Source of the DNA: Eledone cirrhosa
Taxonomy: Eukaryota
Direction of reading: 5' to 3'
Length of the DNA: 64,000 bases
Assembly: GCA_964016885.1 (NCBI GenBank)
Contig: OZ024740.1
Span: 92,566,001-92,630,000, forward strand
A program made the position numbers and the translations under genes. Shown one piece after another: positions 27,741-42,475 of this stretch (positions are counted from its first letter, which is position 1; the number at the start of each line of letters is the position of its first letter). The notes under the pieces were generated by a model. That model had not been told where the DNA came from and searched no databases. It saw only the letters and a list, made by a program, of their open reading frames with translations.

Positions 27741-29138
27741 CTGACGCGCAAAAAATTCTAGATTTTCTACCAATAATAGACTAGCAGATACAAGGTATCG
27801 CTTTTGCATTTGCCACATACGTTCAATTAATCACCACTCTCTCTTCTATCACTATTATTGGCCACTATTCCTTCCACCACCCAAAGCTTGCAAGTAATTA
27901 TCACTCATATTCTTTCTACCAAGAATTTGGGATCCCAAAGAAGCACTTCATTGGTGTCTTATAACTATAGGGGAGCACAATGAACATCACATGCCTTAGA
28001 CATTTTGAAGACCTTCAAATGCCACGGGGAATAATTTTCACCCACAAAACAAGGATAAAATATATCAGTGTATTTTCAGAGTTTACATTGAACGTGTACC
28101 TAAAATTACTCAGTATGAAAATATTTATACAAAATAGTTCATAGTAGTATGGATTCTATACATTAATATGTATCGAAAAACATATGCAAGATTTATCTAT
28201 ATATTTGCATAGTCATGAAATAGATAATGGTATATCTTTGTAAATCTATTTTATATATATGTTTTTCATGTGTGCAATTTTGAATATAATTTGCGAGAAA
28301 TACGCATATATTTCATTTTTAGTAGCTCATTGCAAACATTCCTGTGTACTTTTTTTCACATGACCTTTTCAACAGGTACTATTTAAAATATGCATGGTAT
28401 TTTTATTTTCATTGAAACTTTATTTTTACATATATTATGATTCCTTGAAATTTCAGTATACTAATCTTCGTAAACATTTTCTCTTATGGAAGAAATGTAC
28501 TACTCCGATTAACATTTATTAATATCACCTTAGTTTCTGGTTTATTGTCTTCTGGTTTATTGTCTTCAGTGAGGATGTACCAGTTATGTGTAAACAATTT
28601 ATTTCGTAATAACAATAACAGATTTGATATTGGAGTTTTTAAATATGTTATTTTCACTGAGAATCCTGATCGTCATTAGGGATTTTCATAGTTTGCCTCA
28701 TCACATTCATAGATATCGCATACACCAATTGTGTCTGTATACATCATGAAGAGTATGTATTACTTGTTATGTTTTGAGAAAATCTTAAAGCAGTATATTT
28801 ATAAAATGGCCATATCCTTAAAATTTCTTATAATTTTATGATATATTAATATGATTATATATTTACAGCATTCCCGTAGTATCAGACTCAAAATGAACTA
28901 GGGATACAATATTCAGCTATCATGAACAATTCATACACAGCCTCTCCAGAACGGGCATGACATTTGATTTTACTATCCTTCTTTATTTTCCATCTTCATT
29001 ACTCGGTGTCTTTTATCAAGTAAAATCGCCCTAGTGTTCCCATCAATGTTGGAGACAAAGAAACTATATAATAAATAAATAAATAGAAATAAAATGGCAT
29101 GAGCAAATGAGGACAACATCAACAGGTGATGTATTCGC

Positions 29139-29306
29139 ATTAAATGAGGGGTTGATGCACAGCAGTGATAATAAAATTGTCGAGATAATAAGTGGGCAGG
29201 TGATAATTAATATACGAATACTATTAAATGAGGGGTGGATGCACAGCAGTGATAATAAAATTGTCAAAATAATAAGTGGGCAGAGGATAAGTTAATATAC
29301 GCATAC
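29139..29306. repeat. Tandem duplication, about 84-bp unit x2
   Basis: attaaatgagggg.tgatgcacagcagtgataataaaattgtc..ataataagtgggcag repeated. Confidence 0.9.
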
Positions 29307-30064
29307 CATGTATTGAAATATATAGTGATTAAAATCATATGTGGATAATATGTGAAAACAAACATATCGTTATAGCATAGTTTGGAATTAGGTGTATGCA
29401 TCTACTTTTTTATAAATACAATAAACGGATAGATGAATCAATGTATTATATTTTGGAGTAACTTTCCTGTTTAGACTGGTATTTTCAATATGACAGGTAG
29501 CATTATATATGCAAACAACTATGTATTTCAAATGTTGAGAAATAGATTTGCAGCTGAATACCAGGTAGACTTTCAATTTAAAAAAAATTATACAGGCTGC
29601 TCAAGGCATTAAATAGAACGGTATCCAAATGCATAAACATTATTCTTTAGAAGCAGTTACGAATATATGGAAAATAATTATTTTAAATAAAATAGAAAAA
29701 ATAAATTCTATTTTTCCGATGGAGGGAACGAGAAAATAAATATTTGGGGTTTGTAAATTACCTTACTTACAATAATATTATTATATAGTTTTACTCACAA
29801 TCATACATATTAAAATTTCAAATCGTAGAACCTAATTGCAGGACCGAACCAAGCTAACATCTACGAGATTGTCACTGGAAACCATTTGTTGTAACATATG
29901 ATAAAATATGTACATGAATGAAAATGATATGCATACATGCATAGGCCCAAGCATACATAATTATAGTAATAACTTTTTATAGCATATTTGGTGATCACCC
30001 GACACTATACGGCACCACATATTAAAGAACGGTTTATAGCATCGCAAGTATATATATATATAAT

Positions 30065-30128
<64 letters not shown>

Positions 30129-30169
30129 TATATCTATATATATATATAATATATATATAACATTACCCT

Positions 30170-30607
30170 CCACAAGTATAGATGGAGTAACGGAGTAAAA
30201 AACTCGCGTTAGTCCCTGTTATTCATGAGCTCAAAGGAAAAAGAATCCCGGGCTCTTCAAATATAATATAGAGAAGAAAACACACGAGAGAGTGTGAGTT
30301 TTTATCAGGTTACAGGGGATACCACCTACGTATGGAACTTATAAACTAAGAATGGTGAGGCAGACACATTATAATTCAAAAGATAAATTAAAATGAAACA
30401 ACCCACCTTTATAACTATATATCACACCCATACACAGTCAGAGAGAATGTTTCGCCAGAAAATCAGTGTTTGAATTGAATTGACCCAGGTTTATCAGCGT
30501 GTGCTAGGTGTATACATTCCTAACAACTCTAAGAGAGCTTAAAGTAACTGACATGCAACATTGATTTTCTGGCGAAATATTCTCTCTCAATTTGTACGTG
30601 AGTGATA
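30170..30607 (-). mobile_element. PLE pLTR remnant with short inverted arm and degenerate HHR (about 30425-30504)
   Basis: Inverted about 30418-30470 / 30558-30608; minus cacacg-ctgataa-acctgg...ctggc-gaaa-cat..gtg-ta-tgggtg; (TA)n at left. Confidence 0.6.
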
Positions 30608-30900
30608 TCTATATTAGTAAAACAGAGAATGTCTGTTTGGCTCTCTGTCTGTACAATCACTAAAACTCGAGAACCACCCAACCGATTGTTTTCAATCTTA
30701 CACATGTAATACGTATGGTCTTATTGAGTGTTCTGAGCAAAAACAATTTCAAATTGTCAATGCCCTAGGGACCACATTAGGCGATTACGCCATCTCTTTC
30801 TCTATCTCTTAGTCTTTGTCATTTTAGATAGATACATAGATATTACGTGGCGCCCTTATATTATTTGACTGTATACCTGGCTGTGTGCATTACATCATTA
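30608..30900 (+). mobile_element. Helitron-like non-autonomous element, 5' portion
   Basis: A|TCTATATTAGTAAAA start, gtctgt tract and accgatt motif, same organisation as the 1362 element; no 3' CTAG found. Confidence 0.5.
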
Positions 30901-31066
30901 TGACGCGGTGTGTGTGTGTGTGTGTGTGTGTGTAGAGTGTGTGTATATATAGTGTGTAACGTTTTTCGAAATATTTACTTCTGCGTTCACAGATTTATTA
31001 TTTTAGTTTCAGAAGATCCCGTTAGGGTGAAAGCAGCGATTATTTCCTTAAACTTTAATCTGTTAA

Positions 31067-31144
<78 letters not shown>

Positions 31145-31262
31145 GTAAACGGAATTGAAAATGCTGACAAATTGTTCACAGTTGAAAAATGGTTTAATTA
31201 GGAATAAAAGAGTATTAGTGATTGTATGGGTTAGTATTCAGTTGTGGTTTTAAGTTTTTAAG

Positions 31263-31300
31263 TTTTTACCGGTTGCGCAATTCTAAATGCTTTTCAAAAA
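31263..31300 (-). ncRNA. Degenerate minimal hammerhead (UUGAAAA core, GAAA mutated to GCAA)
   Basis: Minus ttt-ttgaaaa-gcatttagaattgc-gcaa-ccgg-ta-aaa at the expected pLTR position; weak stem I. Confidence 0.5.
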
Positions 31301-31632
31301 TAATTTTGAGATAGAGTGTCCGTGCTGTTTGCTCTGATCTGATTAGTTTTGGGAATTCTACCTGTTTTTATGTTAAAAAAGTGGCTCCAACGTTATTTTT
31401 GTGTTGCAAAAATGCTTGTGGTCAAAACAATTTTGATTGGTCGGTAGAAGTCATGTGAATGTAAAAAGTTGATTTTGCGCCAAGACTGTTTTTATGTTAA
31501 AAAAGTGGCTCCAGCAAAAATTCTTGGTCAAAACAAATTTGATTGGTCGGTAGAGGTCATGTGGATAAAAAATTGGTTTTGCGCCAAGATTGAGAAATGA
31601 CTCTTTCACAACAAATATATGTGTGTGTGTGT

Positions 31633-31679
<47 letters not shown>

Positions 31680-32123
31680 TGTGTGTGTGTGTGAAGTAGT
31701 AGTAGTAAGGTGTTCGATGCTGCGACAATGGCCTGCAGCGATGTGTGTCAAATGGCTATTAAGATAAGTGTGTGTGTGTGTATAGCAGAGTAATTCGATG
31801 GTCAGTAAGAATGTGTCTGAAAGCAATGGGGGGTATTTTAGCATGTCAAAAGATATTTTTCAGCTTTTGTCTTCTACGGAGAAGTGCGTGTGTGTGTGTG
31901 TGTGTGTGTGTGTATAAGTCTCTTTGTATGTTGATGTACGCGTGTGTATGTGTTTGTGTATATATGTGTGTGTGGGGGGGACAGTATTTTTTTCCCCCTG
32001 GTAAAATGGTGTACATTATACGATTTTTTCAGTAAAATCGGTTCTCTTAATAGAACATCAAAAATCTTAACAATAAAAGGTGTGAAATGATATTCACTAT
32101 ATATATATACACATACATATATT

Positions 32124-32164
<41 letters not shown>

Positions 32165-32319
32165 TACATACATATATATGCACATATATATATATATATT
32201 TTTTTCTTGTATTGCACCATAGAGCATGTGTGCTTACGTGTATCATTGTGTTTATATGTGGGTAGAGATGTGTGCTGATGTAGGTATGCATGTTGACGTG
32301 TGTATGTTGTGGGTTCGTC

Positions 32320-34642
32320 TTAGGGAGAAGTGTTTAGACGGGATCCGTATTTGATAATGAAGTAAGATTCCTTGCTGATGCGCTGGGTGTGGGTGGCATT
32401 ATCTTTAAATTTGTAGAGGGGAAAAATTCTGAAGTTGGGATGATTTTGGGCGGCACAGGTATCAATGTGTTCACTCAGTGGTATTTTCCTGTATTCCCGT
32501 AACTTAATTTGTGATCTATGGACAGTCATGCGTTGGCGGAGGCAGTTTTTGGTCTGGCCTATGTATTGTTCTCGACAACCTGAACAAGTTAATACATATA
32601 TTAGATTTTCTGATGCACATGTGAAATTGTGTTTTACTATAAAACGTTGTCCATCTTTGAAATAGAATTCCGAACCCTCTATTAGGTTGATGGAAACGCC
32701 ACAGTTGGGTCTATCGCATTTTTTTACTGTGGGTTTCGTTGTTGTGGTTGGCAGTACTTTGGCATGTGTTAAGATGTTTTTCATTTACTTGGATTATCTT
32801 TTGCTCTTTATGATATCGTGTGTTCGTAGAATTTGGTTCATTCTATGGTCCTTTTTCAATACAGGGATGTTCTGGAGGATGGTGTCAAAAGCCTCATTGT
32901 TGAGGGGGTTGTGTGTGGAGATGTATGGAAGAGCTTTTAGTTTTGGTTGATTTACTTTAGGGTGTCTAAGGTCCTGGGTACTGAGTTTTAGGGCACGTTG
33001 GATTCCATTGTCAATTAGTGATGCAGGGTAGTCCTTTAGTTCTTGTAGCCGTAAGTAGCAGATGTTTTTATTGGAGACTATAGTACAGATTCTCTTGGCT
33101 AAGTTGTAGGGAATATTAATTTTAACGTGTCTTGGGTGGCAAGAGTTGAAGGGGAGATATTGCTTGGAGTCTGTGGGCTTGTAGCATATGTCTGTTTCTA
33201 TTTTTTTGTTATGGATCTTAATGAGGATGTCGAGGAAGGGGAGTTGTTGATGGCTGTATTCCATCGTGAAGTTAATATTTGTGTTGAGCCCATTTATAAG
33301 GGTGTGAAATTCTTTAAGTTTTTCGATGTTTTCGTGCCAAAGGATGAAACAGTCATCTAGATATCGCTTCCAGTTCCTTTCAATGTGTAAGTGTAGGGTG
33401 TTTCCAAATTTGTTTAGGACTTTAGTGTAGAGGGTGATTTCCAGGTATCCCATGACTAGATTGGCATAAGTCGGGGCTGTTTTCGTTCCCATAGCGTTCC
33501 CATAGCGTTCTCATAGCGGTCCCAGATTTCTGCCTGTAGGGTTTGTTATTGAAAACGAAGTAATTGTTCTCCAAGATAAATTTGAGTCCCTCTATCACGA
33601 ATTCTTTTTTGATGCGTTGTGGGAGTTCATTGTGGAAATTATCCAGCCAGAATTGGATAGCTTCTATTCCTAGGTTGAGGGGGATGTTGGAGTATAGGTG
33701 GACTACATCGAACGTCACTAGTAGGGTTTGTTCAGAAAGTGGCATATTAGGGAGGTGATTGAGCATATCTAGGTCGTCCCTTATATAGCTTTTGATGTGC
33801 TTGCGGAAGGGTTTGAGAAGGGTATCAATGATGTTGTTAAGACGGTGCGTTTCGCAAGCGGGGCCTGCTATTATAGGTCTTAATTTGAGATCATTGGGTG
33901 AGGGGACATTGATGACTATGTCTGTGGCTTCCTTGCATGCCTTACTGATTGATTTACTTTTATGTACTTTAGGGATACCGTAGAAAAGGCTGGATTTACT
34001 TGTGAAGTATGTGATGAAGCTGAATTCCTTGTTAGTGAGTCCTTCTTTGTATTGGTTGATTAGAGTTTTTAGATTTCTCATAATTTTCTGTTGATTGTAG
34101 TGTTCAGCCTTTTCGTAGTATGTTTCGTTTTCCAAAGTGGAGAGCACTAAGTTGATATAGAATTCTGTCTCCATTAGGACTATTGTACTCCCTTTATCAG
34201 CCTCTTTAATTGTAATGGTTCTGTCGGTTTTTAATCTATTTAATTATTCCCATTCTTTCTTGTTGAGGTTTGGCTTGTGTTTTTGTCTGTGCAAGTGTTG
34301 GTAAGGGAAGTTTGTGATGTGTTCACAGAATTCGTCCAGGATTTTATTTCTACCTTTTGAAGGGGTGTAATTGCATCTATTTCTGGCTAATGATTCATCC
34401 TCATTGTACTGGTCGAATAGTTGTTCACTAAGTCATAACTTTCTACAGAAGTCTGCGATGTCTTCTTTCATTTCATAGTAGTTAGGACGTAGTGGGGTCG
34501 GTGTGAATTTAAGACCTTTGGAGAGTAAGTTGATAAGGTTGGGTGTTGGTTCTGCACTAGTAAGATTGATAATTTTTATTACTATCGGTTTCTCCTCCCT
34601 GTCTTGTGTTATTTTGTTTGCCTGTATCTGTGTGTTGTGTCT
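32320..34642 (-). pseudogene. PLE RT plus GIY-YIG (Neptune-like), a few stops and one frameshift
   Basis: IINLT..LLSKGLKFTP, IKEADKGS, YGIPKVHK, LRPIIAGP, LVTFDVVHLYSNIP, GTAMGTKTAPTYANL, WKRYLDDCF, PFLDI, CDRPNC, FTCASENLIYVLTCSGCREQYIGQT; an 11-bp triplication at about 33484-33517 shifts the frame. Confidence 0.93.
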
Positions 34643-35834
34643 AAAAAATGGTTGGGGTAGAGGGGTTGTCTGCTGATGTTAAGTGGTCTCCTGTGTTTGT
34701 TATATTCCTTGTTGTTGTAAAATGTGGTTCGGGTTGGTGGTTGTAGATTGAATGGGGTGTTCCTGTACTGCGAGTATGGGTGTGTGTTTCTATGTGCCAT
34801 GTTGTATTGTGGTGTTATAAGTGGCCTACGTTGTTGGTTGTATCGTGTGGTGTGGGTTTGTTGTGTATTGTGGAAGTGAGAGTTGAGAAAATGGTAATTA
34901 CCTTGCTGTCCCCTTGAAGCGGGGAAGTTGTTGCATCTATCATGGCGGTGGTATCTTTTCCCTATGTTTGACGATGAGGAATCCGCGTAGTAGTTGAGTG
35001 ATTTGGTGTGGTGTCTCCTTGAAGGGGGAAAGTTGTAAATGTCATTCTGGGGGAGATGATTTCTTGGGTTTTTGTTCCTTCTTATGGTAGCGAGGTTGGG
35101 AAGTTCATCTTCGGTGTGGTGCTTCCTTCTTCGTTTGTTTGAGGTTGGGGGGTTTGAGAAGTTGTTGTGCGGTTCAGTTATGGGTTTTCCTATTTTTATG
35201 AACGGGTTATTGGAGGTGTAATCCGTTTGAAAAGTCGATTCATAGTGTAGGAACCAAGCGGCACTTTTTCCCAGCGTTGAAGGGATTTCAGTTTTTCTCT
35301 GTTGCAGTCCCCTTTCCATAATTTGGAGATCTTCTCTACCTTGGGGCCTTCAGTTCTGTTGTTGATTTCCAGGAGGATCTCTTCATCGATGGTTTTGATT
35401 TTTTCCTCATTTGTCTGGGCCCTCAGTTTAAGAAGTTCAATTTCTGTCTTCATTTTTTCCAATGCCATTGTTTCCCTAAGGTGTCTTTGAGGTTCGGGTT
35501 CATTTGGAATGGCCTTTATTTGTAGTTTACGGGGGAGAGTGAGAGGGGTTGAGTTAAGCCATTTTTCATATATTTCTGCTTTGTTGTGATTTGGTATCAT
35601 CTTCCAGAATAAGAACTTTCTGTCTCTGAGGGATTTGTTCCATTTTGGAATTGTTCGAATTTTCATTTTGTGTGAATCAATCTCACATGGTTCTTCGTTG
35701 GTTTTTCCTGGGTTGGTAGTAGTGAACATAGTTTGGATAGTATCGCAAAGGTTTTGGAGTTTGTCGCCGATTTCGGAGGGTCTGTATCCGGTGGCGGTTT
35801 CCTTATTTGTGGAGTCAAGTTTGTCGACCAGCAT
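34609..35834 (-). pseudogene. PLE upstream ORF1 (helical/coiled-coil region plus N/R/H/Q/P-rich low-complexity tail)
   Basis: ORFs 35196-35834 and 34609-35319 join through one apparent 1-bp indel (QRWEK/SAAWFLHYE); heptad-like EKMKTEIELLKLRAQTNEEKIKTIDEEIL. Confidence 0.7.
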
Positions 35835-38636
35835 ATATATATATTCGAGTACATATATGGTTATCTATTTTTTATACAAACCCTAAATAGTGAAAGATGG
35901 TCATTAATTACTATCGTTTTACCAGTAAGATAAATAGCTCAATGTAATAACATCGGTTGTTTTACAGAGCAGAACGCATAACTACAACATTATTTCACAC
36001 AACATGTCCATTAGAAAATTTAATAATAGGAATAGCAACCACACACACACAAATAGAGATGATAACAACAAAAGAAACCCACACCACAGAAATTACCATA
36101 GTAATATAAAAGGAAACAAATCACCAGACATAAAAAACGGAAATAGAAGAAGAAATAATACATTTTAAACCCTCCTTTCAATCTAAACGTCTCTACCAAC
36201 CTACCTAGGGCTTTCTTCTCACTACTGGATAAACACTCCCCATCCGGCCACAAGTACCATAGCCTTTAAAAAAAAACACTATTAAAATCTCATACTCTAC
36301 TACGCCTAACTTAGCATACCACAAAGCTAGTAGCAATAAAAGAAAAATTAATTCTTACTTCCAACAAACTAAATCACAACAGACGATAAACCTTCAAAAT
36401 AACATTCAAAATAACATTATAGCAACTAACCCTAATATCAATAGAAATAATAGTATTAGTACTAGTGTAAACATTAACGCTGAGAACGACAACCCACATA
36501 ACCATAACCCTATAGCTAACATCCAAAATTCTACACAGCATATTAACCGGCAGACTAACACCCAGAATAATTGTAACTGTAGATCAAATAGAACCTGCCC
36601 TTTAGATAAAACATGCTTAACCAAGGATATCATATACTCATGTACAGTCACAACTAACAACTCTTCTGAAACCTATATAGGCTCTACTTCTAACTGCTTC
36701 AAAACTAGATACAATTCGCACCTCCACTCTTTCAAAAAACACAGTCTAGCCAACTCCACTTCACTATCTAGCTACATACACTATCTAAAAACTAAAAATA
36801 AAATATATACACTTAAATTGGAAGTGGTAGGTAGTGCAACATCGTACAAACCACCTAATAAATTATGTAACCTCTGTCTACTAGAGACCCATACTATCAT
36901 ATTATCTAACCGTTATCTCCGTAATAAAAAATCAGAAGTGTTCGCATCTTGCCAACACCGCTTCCGACACTCTTTCCAAAACTTTAAACCCTATATATAA
37001 CAATGTTAGACTGGAACCGTCACCACCCCTAGCAATTAGCATCAGTGGCACACCTTACACCTCATCTCCACACCCATCTATATACTCTAAAGCTAATAGT
37101 GGCAACATTATAGTACCATCTACCCTGGGGATACCCCCATGTACTTCTAATTCTGATATCTTGGCCGTGGATTACTTAAACTGCATTGCACAAATATTTA
37201 ATTAATATAAACTGTAGACACTGTATTGGTTATGCTAACATAATCCTGTGCATGGAGTGCCACCATGAGCTAGATTGATGATTAAGTAGGTAATCTTATT
37301 ATTATGTGACTATATATTCTTTACGATGAGTACAATGAATTATGCACAGGTGATACATGAGTTAGAAGTTTCTGTGTTGCTTGATGAACTGATTGGTATC
37401 TTTTGATGAGAGAACTGGTCCCCGGACCACCCTGGTGAGATTTGAATTTACCAGGGAGGCAGTCATACAGTGACCCGAAACTTACCGGGAGTCTTGTATG
37501 ATAATAAGACCCTTATTAGTAATAAGACCCTTATTAGTAGTGAGACCCATATAATTAATTTTGAAGTCTGACTCTTCTTATAGATTGTCCAGGTGTGGCA
37601 CTCCATATTAGATTGTAATCATCATGCTATGAACTCCTTTAGTACTTATTAATAGACTCCACTCTAATTTGTACATAAAATACCTAATTTAATTTATAGG
37701 TGAGATGGGAGTTTATGTATTGCTTGATGGCCAGACTAGTGTCTTTATATGAGAGAATTGATCTCCGGGCCACCCTGGAGGTATTCAAATTTGCCAGGGA
37801 TTAAGAGATACAATGACCCAGAGATTACCGGGAGTCATATATAATAATAGGACCATCCCAGGTCCTGCAGGTGGAATACACTTACAAAGAACATTGGTTT
37901 GGAGGTCTGACTCTTCTTATAGAATGTTCGGATATGACATCCCTTAATAGAAGGTAATCATCCTGATATATACACCTTTAGTACTTCTTAATAGACAACA
38001 CTCTAACCTATAGATAAGTAACATAATCTAGAAATTAGTTATAACATCAAATGATATGCACTTATTTGAAACACCATTAATGTAACTTAGGATAATAAAT
38101 GAAACTAAGAAAACCAGCTAGTTACCTCCCCTTACGCATTAACACCCCTTGGTCACACACACAGTTCCGGAATATAATATCATCACACAAAACTAAACAA
38201 CATGATCTATTAATTAAGAATCGACAAGATATGGTTTATAACTTGGTTATATGCTGAACCATCGCGGATTATATGATAGCCCCCTGGTCTATATATTGCG
38301 TCTCGTGGATTATGCGAGTGGTGGTGTGCGCGAAGAGAGTGGTTCTGTTTTGCCTACGCTATAATATGTTTTATAATATGTTTGATATTTTTGATATTTT
38401 GGTGTTTCTCTACATTCGGGATTGTATATCATACAGGTGTATGCGAAAAAATGATTTAACAATTCAGCCCACATAATAATATCGATTGCCTGTTTCAACT
38501 GCCTGACCCTGCAAGTAACAACCTGCCGCACTCTAATCCTTTATAAATAAGACACGCGTGCATGCTACACGTGATATTGTTTCATACACTGACTATTCTA
38601 AACTTTCCTCTTGTTTTATCTTCATTAACTGCTAAT

Positions 38637-38817
38637 GTTTTATTTTTATTTTTATTTTTATTTTTATTTTTATTTTTATTTTTATTTTTATTTTTATTTT
38701 TATTTATATTTTTATTTATATTTTTATTTTTATTTTTATTTTTATTTTTATTTTTATTTTTATTTTTATTTTTATTTTTATTTTTATTTTTATTTTTATT
38801 TTTATTTTTATTTTTAT
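38637..38817. repeat. (TTTTTA)n expansion inside PLE 3' region
   Basis: Direct reading; only a few units in copy 2 at about 52469-52510. Confidence 0.95.
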
Positions 38818-38954
38818 CCTTTAACCTTTATATGTAAATTGCCATGCTATATCATTTTGATGGTGTCATCCCACTGTGGGTCAATATATGCATACGTTTT
38901 TATATGTCTCTTGTGTTGAAAAGGAGGTGAAGTATGTTATAGATCACTAAATAG

Positions 38955-39003
38955 TTGCTCCGAAGAACCCAAACCTCGGTTTGGAGGAAACAATTGTAAG
39001 CAA
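38955..39003 (+). ncRNA. Minimal hammerhead motif with CCGAAGA core
   Basis: ttgct-ccgaaga-acccaaacctcggtttggag-gaaa-caattg-ta-agcaa; palindromic stem III, GUA triplet. Confidence 0.72.
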
Positions 39004-39034
39004 ATAAATCATTAAAACTGAACTTTGATTATTG

Positions 39035-39119
<85 letters not shown>

Positions 39120-39244
39120 TACATATATTATGTATAAATATTTCGTATCTCCAAAGAAATACGGTTTTAGGAAGCCGTAGCTATGAAAACAATGGGGGGG
39201 GGGCTAACGCCATCTGGTGATGTACAGCAGAAGCATGGGGTACA

Positions 39245-39288
39245 ACCGTCTATGCATTTCAGGCTTAACTTGCCTTCGTCAGGACGGT
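39245..39288 (-). ncRNA. Canonical minimal type I hammerhead ribozyme
   Basis: Minus accgtc-ctgacga-aggcaagttaagcct-gaaa-tgca-ta-gacggt. Confidence 0.88.
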
Positions 39289-39556
39289 CCCTCAAACAGA
39301 TTGCGACTGCTGGACGAGAAGGCAAGCGAGAATATGTGCTTTTCTCGTCTGTGTTTTATGAGGTGATTAATGTCATTTGCATATGAAGCTGCATAAGTTA
39401 GCTCAACTTATAACAAAAAAGAAATAGGATTTCGCTTCAAACAATATGTATAATATTTCTTATCTCCAAAGAAAGACGATTTTAGGAAGCCGTAAGTATG
39501 CAAACTCCACGGGGCTAACGCCCTCTGGTGTTGTCCAGCAGAAGCAAGTGGGACAG

Positions 39557-39598
39557 CCGTCTATGCATTTCAGGCTTAACTGGCCTGCGTCAGGACGG
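39557..39598 (-). ncRNA. Second minimal hammerhead of the tandem (A9 to C)
   Basis: Minus ccgtc-ctgacgc-aggccagttaagcct-gaaa-tgca-ta-gacgg. Confidence 0.75.
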
Positions 39599-39782
39599 TC
39601 CCTCCCACCGCTTGCGAATGATGGACTAGAAGACGAAATATTTATACATAGTGTTTAAATCTATGCTTGAAGCGAGATCATATTTCTTTTTTATCATAAG
39701 TTAAGCCAATAAATGCAGCTTCATATGCAAATGAGATTAATCACCTCATTTACACAGACGAGAAAAGTATGTATTCTATATA

Positions 39783-39876
39783 TATGAAGTGTTTTGCTCA
39801 AAAACACAACACGCAGCCCAAGAATAAAACCCACGACATTATGATCTTAAGTCCTATACTCTTACCACTAGCCCAT
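39783..39876 (-). mobile_element. tRNA-derived SINE family B, 5' part
   Basis: Homologous to 43525-43617; A-box-like ggctagtggtaaga; head-only copy also at about 40654-40692 (+). Confidence 0.8.
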
Positions 39877-39926
39877 ATATATATATATATATATATTTGC
39901 ACTGTATATATATATATATATGTATA

Positions 39927-40410
39927 CAGTTCAAGAGTAACCAATCTTAAAGAGAGAGATGGAGATAGGAGAGGAGATAGGACAGGAGAGATTGGTGAAT
40001 TAGTTAGAAGCCAAAGCGTAAAGGTATGTGCTCACACAATGCAGCCTCGACACATGAATACTGCCTGATTATGGCTGACAATTGATACAACCAGGACACC
40101 ATAGTGAAATACCAATATATGGAACATTACATTATGTAACATTCTCTGCTTATTTTAATTTATATTCCTGTGAAGTTCCGATGAGCCGCTCTGTTTTTAA
40201 GTATGTTAATTATTTTCAACTGAACCAGATCAATAATGATATATAGTCATCTGATCCAGATTATATTATATGGAGTACCGAAACAATTGTAAACGGACAT
40301 TATTATTATTAATATTAATCTCTACATTGCTTACATCAAACTAAAATATGTTGACAACCTTTTAGTAATGTCTCCCTTGTGAAATGTGTGGTGTTGTTTT
40401 CCTTAACTAA
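39927..40410 (+). mobile_element. PLE-type pLTR fragment with HHR; related segment inverted at about 43290-43400
   Basis: (TA)n flanks; cttaaagagagagatggagatagg..ttagaagccaaagcgtaaagg also present reverse-complemented. Confidence 0.6.
40175..40294 (+). ncRNA. Hammerhead motif with CCGAUGA core and long, partly decayed stem II
   Basis: gtt-ccgatga-gccgctctgt...atggagtacc-gaaa-caattg-ta-aac. Confidence 0.6.
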
Positions 40411-40413
40411 TGA

Positions 40414-40501
<88 letters not shown>

Positions 40502-40505
40502 TAAA

Positions 40506-40637
<132 letters not shown>

Positions 40638-40709
40638 GTATATATATATATATATGGCCTAGTGGTATGAGTGTTGGACTTAAGATCATAATCATATATA
40701 TATATATTT

Positions 40710-42475
<1,766 letters not shown>

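Larger units (their letters stand above)
31141..35834 (-). mobile_element. Neptune-like PLE with upstream ORF1, RT, GIY-YIG and about 1.2-kb 3' region
   Basis: See its ORF features; (TA)n at both ends; about 123-bp tandem duplication at about 31362-31590. Confidence 0.9.
35970..39037 (+). mobile_element. 5'-truncated Nematis-like PLE, copy 1 (thumb plus GIY-YIG to 37000, about 2-kb 3' region)
   Basis: NPPFNLNVSTN, KISYSTTPNL, CNCRSNRTCPLDKTC..IIYSCTV..YIGST..FKTRYNSH..CNLCLLE; homologous to 50150-52731. Confidence 0.9.
39130..39775 (-). mobile_element. Retrozyme-like non-coding element: tandem about 311-bp units each with a minimal HHR, plus inverted arm
   Basis: Direct repeats about 39140-39325 / 39455-39638; about 39338-39442 inverted at about 39665-39770. 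Confidence 0.75.

Noticed and set aside
29139-29306. CRISPR-like or functional repeat array
   Set aside because: Simple two-unit tandem duplication without spacers in eukaryotic DNA
34434-34436. In-frame TGA as selenocysteine
   Set aside because: Not a Cys position; consistent with CGA-to-TGA decay in a copy with other stops; no SECIS identified
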